Assembly (NCBI GenBank): GCA_012837655.1
Contig: DUQT01000154.1
Span: forward strand, 1-42,509
Length of the DNA stretch: 42,509 bases
Direction: 5' to 3'
Origin: Actinomyces sp.
Lineage (GTDB): Bacteria; Actinomycetota; Actinomycetes; Actinomycetales; Actinomycetaceae
Shown here: piece by piece, positions 36,335 to 42,509 of the stretch
Numbering within the stretch: the first letter of the stretch is position 1
Layout of the letters: every line of letters begins with the position of its first letter
Made by a program: the position numbers and the translations under genes
Notes under the pieces: model-generated
Databases searched by the model: none
Told to the model about the DNA's origin: nothing
Seen by the model: only the letters and a program-made list of their open reading frames with translations

Positions 36335-37315
36335 TCACCGGGTGAACTTGTCGAACAGCTTCTTTTTGCTGTCTTTTTCGTCCTTCTCGTCTTTCTTGTC
36401 TTCGCCGGCATCAAACTTGGTTTCGCCTGGCGAGCGCAGCATTTCCTCTTCCTCGCGGTCCTTCTCAAGCTTGTCGAGCAGGCCGGTTTCTTCGGCTTCC
36501 TTGTAGTTTTCGATTACCACGTCAACCATGTCCGCGATTGAGTTGTGAACCTTGTAGGGGCGGAACGGGAAGTTGTTGATTTCCGCCTTGGTCGTGGAGC
36601 CACTGAGTACGAGGTGCGTGCGCAGGCCGGCTTCGATACCTGCCTGAACGTCGGTGTCCATGCGGTCACCGATCAGGGCAGTACCTTCGGAGTGCACGCC
36701 AATCTTGTTCAGACCTGCGCGCAGCATGATCGAGTTCGGCTTACCAATGAAGTACGGCGACTTGCCGGTAGCCTTCGTGATCATTGCGGCTACAGAACCC
36801 GTCGCAGGCAGGATGCCTTCCTCCGAAGGGCCGGTCACGTCCGGGTTGGTGGCAATGAATTTCGCGCCGGCTTCAATGAATCGAATCGCTCGCGTGATTG
36901 CGTTGAAGTCGTAGCTACGAGTCTCACCAAGTACGACGTATTCCGGGCTGGTTTCCGTCATGACGTAGCCAGCCTCGTGCAAAGCGGTTGTCAGACCGGC
37001 CTCGCCAATGACGAATGCGGACGACTTGGGGGACTGCTGCGTTAGGAACGCGGCGGTTGCAAGTGCGGAAGTCCAAATGTGTTCTTCCGGGACGTTCAAG
37101 CCCGAATGTGAAAGTCGGGCCGACAGGTCGCGCGGCGTGTAAATCGAGTTGTTCGTGAAGATCAGGAACGGGATCTCGTGTTCGTGCAGGGCGTCGATGA
37201 AGTCCTGCGCGCCGTCGATTGCGTGTTCTTCCCTCACCAGTACGCCGTCCATGTCGCAAAGCCAGGACGTTACCGGGGGAAGTTCATCAAGTGAGAATGG
37301 TTTTTCAGAGTTCAC
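36335..37315 (-). CDS. HAD-IIA (NagD-like) hydrolase with a charged C-terminal extension
   Basis: DMDGVL, FTNNS, IATNPD, GKPN, IGDRMDTD, VLSG. Confidence 0.92.
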   Translation of the reverse strand: MNSEKPFSLDELPPVTSWLCDMDGVLVREEHAIDGAQDFIDALHEHEIPFLIFTNNSIYTPRDLSARLSHSGLNVPEEHIWTSALATAAFLTQQSPKSSAFVIGEAGLTTALHEAGYVMTETSPEYVVLGETRSYDFNAITRAIRFIEAGAKFIATNPDVTGPSEEGILPATGSVAAMITKATGKSPYFIGKPNSIMLRAGLNKIGVHSEGTALIGDRMDTDVQAGIEAGLRTHLVLSGSTTKAEINNFPFRPYKVHNSIADMVDVVIENYKEAEETGLLDKLEKDREEEEMLRSPGETKFDAGEDKKDEKDEKDSKKKLFDKFTR

Positions 37316-37476
37316 TCTAGCGATCTCCTAGTATTTAGTTTCATTACGGTTCTAAAAATGAGCCTACCGCCCCAACCTGCGTGTTTCCTTGAAATTGCAC
37401 CAATTTGCACGCCCGTTCAACGTCGTGCGTTCCGTGTTGACGCTTGTCTTCGAAATGGTGTTGTATCGTCGAGGGC

Positions 37477-38130
37477 GTGGCTGAGATCAACGAAACTGCA
37501 CCGAAATCTAAACCTGGACGCGGCCTGGGCCCATGGCCGGGTGGGCGCGACAACTGGCCGGAGGGCGACCAGTACGACCCGGAACTGTTAGAGAACGGCG
37601 ATGCGCGCAATGTTGAAGACCGTTTCCGCTACTGGAAACGCGAGGCCATAAAGCAGTACCTGGATGAGCATCAACCACAAGACTGGCTTGAAGTAGCGAT
37701 CGAAAACCTGGGCCACGACTTCAACATTGGGTCAATCGTTCGCACTGCAAACTCCCTGGGCGTGCGCAAGGTTCACATCGTTGGGCGTCGTCGCTGGAAC
37801 CGCCGCGGAGCAATGGTTACGGACAGGTACCTAGAGGTTGTGCATCACCCAGAAGTGTCCGACTTCCTGGCTGACGTGAAGCCGCGCGGGCTAGCGGTTA
37901 TCGGCATTGACAACATCGAGAACTCGATCCCGCTGGAAGGTAAACAGCTTCCCCGCAAATGTGTGCTGGTAATGGGGGAGGAGTCCGCCGGCCTAAGCCC
38001 TGAAATGGCGTCAGCCTGTGAAACGGTTGCGCACATTACGCAGTACGGATCCAGCCGCTCCATGAACGTTGGCCACGCAGCCGCGATAGCGATGTGGGCA
38101 TGGGTGATCCAGCACCGCCCTCGCGAATAA
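37477..38130 (+). CDS. TrmH/SpoU family RNA methyltransferase
   Basis: HDFNIGSIVRTAN, RRWNRRGAMVTDRY, VMGEESAGL, SRSMNVGHAA; GTG 7 nt after TATCGT. Confidence 0.92.
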   Translation: MAEINETAPKSKPGRGLGPWPGGRDNWPEGDQYDPELLENGDARNVEDRFRYWKREAIKQYLDEHQPQDWLEVAIENLGHDFNIGSIVRTANSLGVRKVHIVGRRRWNRRGAMVTDRYLEVVHHPEVSDFLADVKPRGLAVIGIDNIENSIPLEGKQLPRKCVLVMGEESAGLSPEMASACETVAHITQYGSSRSMNVGHAAAIAMWAWVIQHRPRE

Positions 38131-38270
38131 ACGAACAAAAGACGCGAAAACTGCACTTAGGTGCAGACCAAATGGTGTTGTGTTCTTTAGGTCAAACGTC
38201 CTCTAAGCATTGTGGCCCTCAATGTGGGATAATGGACAGGTCAAGATGTCTAGTTCAAGGAGGCAACTAA

Positions 38271-39296
38271 GTGCCTATTGCAACCCCTGAGGTCTACAAC
38301 GAAATGCTGGATCGCGCGAAGGAAGGCGTATTTGCTTACCCCGCGATTAACGTGACCTCCTCGCAGACGCTCACCGCCGCTATTCGTGGTTTCGCTGAGG
38401 CAGAATCTGACGGCATCATTCAGGTGTCCGTTGGTGGCGCCGAGTACTGGTCCGGTTCCACGATTAAGGACCGCGTTGCTGGATCGCTCGCGATGGCTGC
38501 TTACGCCCGTGAGATCGCAAAGAACTACGACGTGAACATTGCTCTGCACACTGACCACTGCTCCAAGGACAACCTGGACTCCTGGATCATTCCGCTAATG
38601 GAACTCGAAGTTGAGGAAGTCAAGGCAGGCCGCCTGCCGTTCTTCCAGTCCCATATGTGGGATGGCTCCGCTGTCCCGTTGAAGGAGAACCTGGAGATCG
38701 CACAGAAGATGCTTGACCTCGCTCAGAAGTCACGCACCATTCTGGAAGTTGAGATCGGTGTCGTAGGTGGCGAGGAAGACGGCGTCGTTGGTGAGATCAA
38801 CGAGAAGCTGTACACCACCACTGAAGATGGCCTGAAGACCGTTGAGGCTCTTGGCCTTGGCGAGAAGGGTCGTTACCTGACGGCTCTGACCTTCGGTAAC
38901 GTACACGGCGTTTACAAGCCTGGCTTCGTTAAGCTCCGCCCCGAAATCCTGGGCACCATCCAGGAAGAAGTTGGCGCGAAGTACGACGCAGGCAACCGTC
39001 CGTTCGACCTGGTCATGCACGGTGGCTCCGGATCCTCCGCTGAGGAAATCCAGACCGCTGTCAACAACGGCGTCATCAAGATGAACGTTGACACCGACAC
39101 CCAGTACGCCTTCACTCGCCCGGTCGTTGACTGGATGCTGAAGAAGTACGACGAGGTCCTGAAGGTTGACAAGGAAGTTGGCGTCAAGAAGTCTTACGAC
39201 CCGCGTTCGTGGGGTAAGGCAGCAGAGGCCGGCATGGCTGCCCGCGTTGTCGAGGCATGCCAGAACCTGGGCTCCGTTGGCACCAAGATGAAGTGA
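38271..39296 (+). CDS. fbaA: Class II fructose-bisphosphate aldolase
   Basis: AYPAINV, ALHTDHC, SHMWDGS, GGEEDG, FGNVHGVYKPG, HGGSGS, KMNVDTD, YDPR; AAGGAGG RBS. Confidence 0.97.
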   Translation: MPIATPEVYNEMLDRAKEGVFAYPAINVTSSQTLTAAIRGFAEAESDGIIQVSVGGAEYWSGSTIKDRVAGSLAMAAYAREIAKNYDVNIALHTDHCSKDNLDSWIIPLMELEVEEVKAGRLPFFQSHMWDGSAVPLKENLEIAQKMLDLAQKSRTILEVEIGVVGGEEDGVVGEINEKLYTTTEDGLKTVEALGLGEKGRYLTALTFGNVHGVYKPGFVKLRPEILGTIQEEVGAKYDAGNRPFDLVMHGGSGSSAEEIQTAVNNGVIKMNVDTDTQYAFTRPVVDWMLKKYDEVLKVDKEVGVKKSYDPRSWGKAAEAGMAARVVEACQNLGSVGTKMK

Positions 39297-39317
39297 GTTA
39301 ATCACCTCTAAACCTCT

Positions 39318-39352
39318 AGTCGCCCCGCACCAAACGGTGTGGGGCGACTCTT
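39318..39352 (+). terminator. Intrinsic terminator after fbaA
   Basis: AGTCGCCCCGCACC-AAAC-GGTGTGGGGCGACT followed by CTT. Confidence 0.75.
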
Positions 39353-39474
39353 GTATCCGCCCGCGGTCAGCCTCCGCGTTTGACTGTTGCATGGAAGTCG
39401 TACAGATTTAAAGTGCGCCCTCCAGAATGAAACCGCACTGGAGTGCCGCCTTGCGTGACTTTGAAAGGACGTCT

Positions 39475-40260
39475 GTGGGAACAATTATCTTTGCAGTGGT
39501 TATCGGTGTGGCGGTCGGGATTGTTGTCGGAGCGCTCGGCGCCGGCGGCGGGATCCTCGCCGTGCCTGCCCTGACGTACCTGCTCCATCAGTCACCGCAC
39601 GCGGCCGCCACCGGTTCACTGGTCATTGTGCTAGCGACCGCCCTCGTCGCCATTCCGGACAAGATCAGCAAAAAAACGATCCGTATCCGCGAAGGCTTAG
39701 TTTTCGGCGGTATTTCGGTCATCGGATCGTTCATTGGTGCGCGCCTATCCGCGTACGTGGACGGGAACGTGCTGATGATCCTTTTCGCGGTCATGCTTTC
39801 AATCATGGCGGTCGTCATGATGTTCAAAGGGTTTGCAGAAAAGAAAATTCCCGAGGGCGAGGCTACCAAACGCGAACCGCGCGGGTGGATCGCCGTGATT
39901 CTTGCGGCCATTGCGACGGGATTCTTGACCGGATTCTTTGGAGTCGGTGGCGGCTTCATGGTGGTGCCTGTTCTAACGTTGCTGCTTGCATTCGGTATGC
40001 GTGAGGCGTCGGGTACGTCCCTGATCGTCATGGTCATGGCGTCGGCGAGTGGTTTGGCGTCGCGGTATGGCCAGTCGATTCCGATCGACTGGGAGGTCGT
40101 TATTTCCTTCATGATCGGCTCAATGGCGGGCGGTATTCTGGGTGGCCCGATTTCAAGCAAGGCGAAGCCCTACCAGCTGACTCTGATCTTTGGGGGACTG
40201 CTGGGAGCCGTGGCCGTTGCGAGCCTTGCAGCAACGCTTGCAACCATGCTCGCGGCGTAG
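39475..40260 (+). CDS. TauE/SafE (TSUP) family exporter
   Basis: Duplicated GALGAGGGILAVP / GFFGVGGGFMVVP motifs, ATGSL / SGTSL; GTG after GAAAGGA. Confidence 0.9.
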   Translation: MGTIIFAVVIGVAVGIVVGALGAGGGILAVPALTYLLHQSPHAAATGSLVIVLATALVAIPDKISKKTIRIREGLVFGGISVIGSFIGARLSAYVDGNVLMILFAVMLSIMAVVMMFKGFAEKKIPEGEATKREPRGWIAVILAAIATGFLTGFFGVGGGFMVVPVLTLLLAFGMREASGTSLIVMVMASASGLASRYGQSIPIDWEVVISFMIGSMAGGILGGPISSKAKPYQLTLIFGGLLGAVAVASLAATLATMLAA

Positions 40261-40385
40261 CGGTCTAGATGCGGCGCGGCGGAACCCCAAAATCATGGAT
40301 CAAAATGTGCACAACTTATCCGTCTGCCCGGAAAATTCATCGATTTCATGGTGAGATGGAATATAGGGAATTTTAGGAGGCCACG

Positions 40386-41570
40386 ATGGCGGAAACATCT
40401 CGTCAATGGATACGAACTGAAGGCATTATTGTTGCTGAACACCTCGACCCCAAAGAGGTAGCCGACTTCATCAATAGCACCAGAGTCGTCGTAGCGATGG
40501 ACTGGTATGAGCGGACTCCGAACCTAATTGGGCTCACCCTGGCGGCTGCTGATGACAAGCTCGCAGCGGTAAACGATATGGAAGAAATCGTCCCGATCGT
40601 CGAGTTTGAAGACTTCGCGCTTGAGGTAGCCCAGAAGTTCAACGCGGAAGTCATGGTAGGCGGAGTTTCAGCCGACGCCCTGCCTGAAGACGCTGAGGTC
40701 AGCTCCGATCCGGAGCCGTCCGACTCTGAGGAAACCATGCGGATCGTGGAGCTCTCCTCGATCCCGGATTCTTCGATTCCTCTGGCAGCCGCAGTTTCCG
40801 GCGTTGACATCGTGGCACTCGGCCTCGACAACGGTTGGGAAGCCATCGCCTACGATTCCAGCTACTCGATGTCGGTAGCATCGTTTGGCGAATACCCGAT
40901 CGTCACACTGATGGTTTCTGACGGTGAGTTCCACGCAAGCCTCGCGGAAGACAACGATCCCGAATCTTTGATCATGTACAACTGGTCAATGTCGACGCGC
41001 ACTCTCGCCGCCGGGCACCTAAACGATCGCGTGTCCGCAGAAGCCGAGGAGCTAGTTGGCGCGTCCACCGACTTGCGTCGTATCGCCGAGGCCGTGCCGG
41101 GTGCTGACGTCAAAGCAGCTGAAGCAACCGCTCAGCTTGAAGGTACTCGAGCTGTATTGAGCTTCGTTCGCGCCCTCGGAGCGCCCGGCTCGATCGCTGA
41201 CTACCTACTCGAAAACATTGAGGCAACTGACATCCCAGGTGCAGAAGCCCACGACGCTCGCGGCATCTCCAACGCGATTGGTCGCAGTGTTGACCGTATG
41301 CTGCTTGAGCCTGAATCTACTGGCAACCCGGTTTGGGAAACGTACCACAAGGTCGCAGTTGAGCGTCCCGCGATCGTTAGAACCTTCGCGAGCGTTGAGG
41401 CAGCTGTTGGTGGCATCCTGCTAACCAACGCTCTGAGGGCAAAGAAACCGCGCTCGGGATGGGTCAAGTTCGGCGGTTTTGTTGGCAGCCTGATGCTGTT
41501 CGACTCCGTCGCTGAAGTAATGCTCGCCAAGTACCTAGGTGAGCGTGCCGAGCGACGCCGCAACGCCTAA
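40386..41570 (+). CDS. Hypothetical acidic protein with C-terminal membrane helices
   Basis: 394-codon ORF, AGGAGG RBS, two hydrophobic segments near the C-terminus, terminator downstream; family not recognised. Confidence 0.8.
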   Translation: MAETSRQWIRTEGIIVAEHLDPKEVADFINSTRVVVAMDWYERTPNLIGLTLAAADDKLAAVNDMEEIVPIVEFEDFALEVAQKFNAEVMVGGVSADALPEDAEVSSDPEPSDSEETMRIVELSSIPDSSIPLAAAVSGVDIVALGLDNGWEAIAYDSSYSMSVASFGEYPIVTLMVSDGEFHASLAEDNDPESLIMYNWSMSTRTLAAGHLNDRVSAEAEELVGASTDLRRIAEAVPGADVKAAEATAQLEGTRAVLSFVRALGAPGSIADYLLENIEATDIPGAEAHDARGISNAIGRSVDRMLLEPESTGNPVWETYHKVAVERPAIVRTFASVEAAVGGILLTNALRAKKPRSGWVKFGGFVGSLMLFDSVAEVMLAKYLGERAERRRNA

Positions 41571-41586
41571 CCCTACTTCAAGCAAG

Positions 41587-41621
41587 ACCGCCCTCCGGGA
41601 ATATTCCCGCAGGGCGGTTTT
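41587..41621. terminator. Probable bidirectional terminator
   Basis: ACCGCCCTCCGGGA-ATAT-TCCCGCAGGGCGGT-TTT between convergent genes. Confidence 0.8.
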
Positions 41622-41625
41622 ACGA

Positions 41626-42396
41626 TTACGTTGGGCGGACGATGCTTGTGTGGAACGTGATCTTGTCGGCGGTTTCTGAAGTTTCAAGGGTTGGCCGGCT
41701 CGCGATGGCGATGGCTTCTCGCGTCATGTCTTCAAGTGGCCAATCAATGTCGGTAGCCAACGCCTGCGATCCTGACATGGCTACAGGCGGCAGATCGGAT
41801 CCGTAGCCAACCGCGAGTTTCCCTTCGGGTTCGACTATTTGCTCCAAGGCTTTGTTTACGCCGCTCTTGTCATCGATACCCAGCGATATCGCGCCAGACA
41901 GATCGGCAGGCCTGCCGCGGGTGTTCATCCAGATTATGGGGACGTCCTGCTGAGCAAGGTCATGTCCCAGCTGAATGTGGGATTCATCCACTTCGATGAT
42001 TGCGGCGCGCAGATCGATTTCGCTCAGCACGTCGTGAGCTGTTACTGGGCCGGTAATGGTTCCATCTTCTTGACATGCGGGGAAGAAGGGGATCGCGAAC
42101 ATCGAGTACTTGCGGGCCTCTTCGATTGCCGGCAACACAATGCGGCTCAATAGCGGAATATTGGCTGGAGTTGGAGCCTCCGACAGGAACAGTCCAATCG
42201 CACGTGGGGCGGAAGCTCGCAGGTGCCTTCCGGTTGCTCGCGGGATGTATGCAAGCTGTTCAGCGGCCTCGCGAACCCTCTGAGCGGTTGCGGCGGCGAC
42301 TCCGACTTCTTCTGCTCGATTGTTCAATACGTGCGAAACCGTAGCAGGGGATACGCCAGCAAGCCTTGCGACATCGGCACGTGTAGCCCGCGGCAT
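41626..42396 (-). CDS. LacI family transcriptional regulator, unusually short
   Basis: HTH ATRADVARLAGVSPATVSHVLN, hinge TAQRVREAAEQLAYIP, C-terminal 'DWPLEDMTREA..FHTSIVR'. Confidence 0.85.
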   Translation of the reverse strand: MPRATRADVARLAGVSPATVSHVLNNRAEEVGVAAATAQRVREAAEQLAYIPRATGRHLRASAPRAIGLFLSEAPTPANIPLLSRIVLPAIEEARKYSMFAIPFFPACQEDGTITGPVTAHDVLSEIDLRAAIIEVDESHIQLGHDLAQQDVPIIWMNTRGRPADLSGAISLGIDDKSGVNKALEQIVEPEGKLAVGYGSDLPPVAMSGSQALATDIDWPLEDMTREAIAIASRPTLETSETADKITFHTSIVRPT

Positions 42397-42509
42397 TTTG
42401 TATCCCTTTCATTCCCGTGCGCATGAGTCGGGAATCCTCAGAAAATGTATTGACAATTTCGAGTCTACTCCGCACAGGCAAAGGGCCGGGGAGGTGTCTC
42501 AGACACCTC

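Noticed and set aside
38730-39392. 220-aa antisense ORF over fbaA (similar ones lie over dnaK and clpB)
   Set aside because: Antisense open frames arise from strong codon bias in highly expressed genes; no recognisable domain or RBS
42491-42509. Inverted repeat GAGGTGTC-TCA-GACACCTC at the window edge (operator or terminator?)
   Set aside because: Context is cut off by the window end, and it does not resemble a LacI operator, so it cannot be assigned

Overview
Core-chromosome region of a moderately GC-rich actinobacterium. The gene content and the DnaK 'GKD..FST' indel suggest Actinomycetaceae or a relative (inference). It holds about 39 CDS. These include the complete HspR heat-shock regulon (dnaK-grpE-dnaJ-hspR and clpB, with three HAIR operators and overlapping SigH/SigR-type and SigA-type promoters), murT-gatD, thrC, xth, pyrE, fbaA, an asymmetric heterodimeric ABC exporter, a MarR-WrbA pair with a visible operator, and several peptidases and hydrolases. 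I found no tRNA, rRNA, CRISPR array or transposase. The best candidate for an undescribed system is an HrrSA/ChrSA-like two-component system followed by a CATCC-N7-GGATG operator and a DUF2871 (HxH membrane protein) plus MFS exporter operon, which looks like a heme-sensing sequestration/efflux module. Other points of interest: a plant-type CbbY-like phosphatase in an AT-richer patch beside a GC-rich, tRNA-shaped structured element; a stand-alone protein built from homing-endonuclease-associated repeats with no nuclease; a membrane protein with a FUS-like G/Y/Q prion-like domain; a LacI regulator with an apparent in-frame subdomain deletion; recurrent degenerate 15-25 bp tandem arrays after stop codons; and many apparently leaderless genes. 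All family assignments come from motif recognition by eye, not from database searches.
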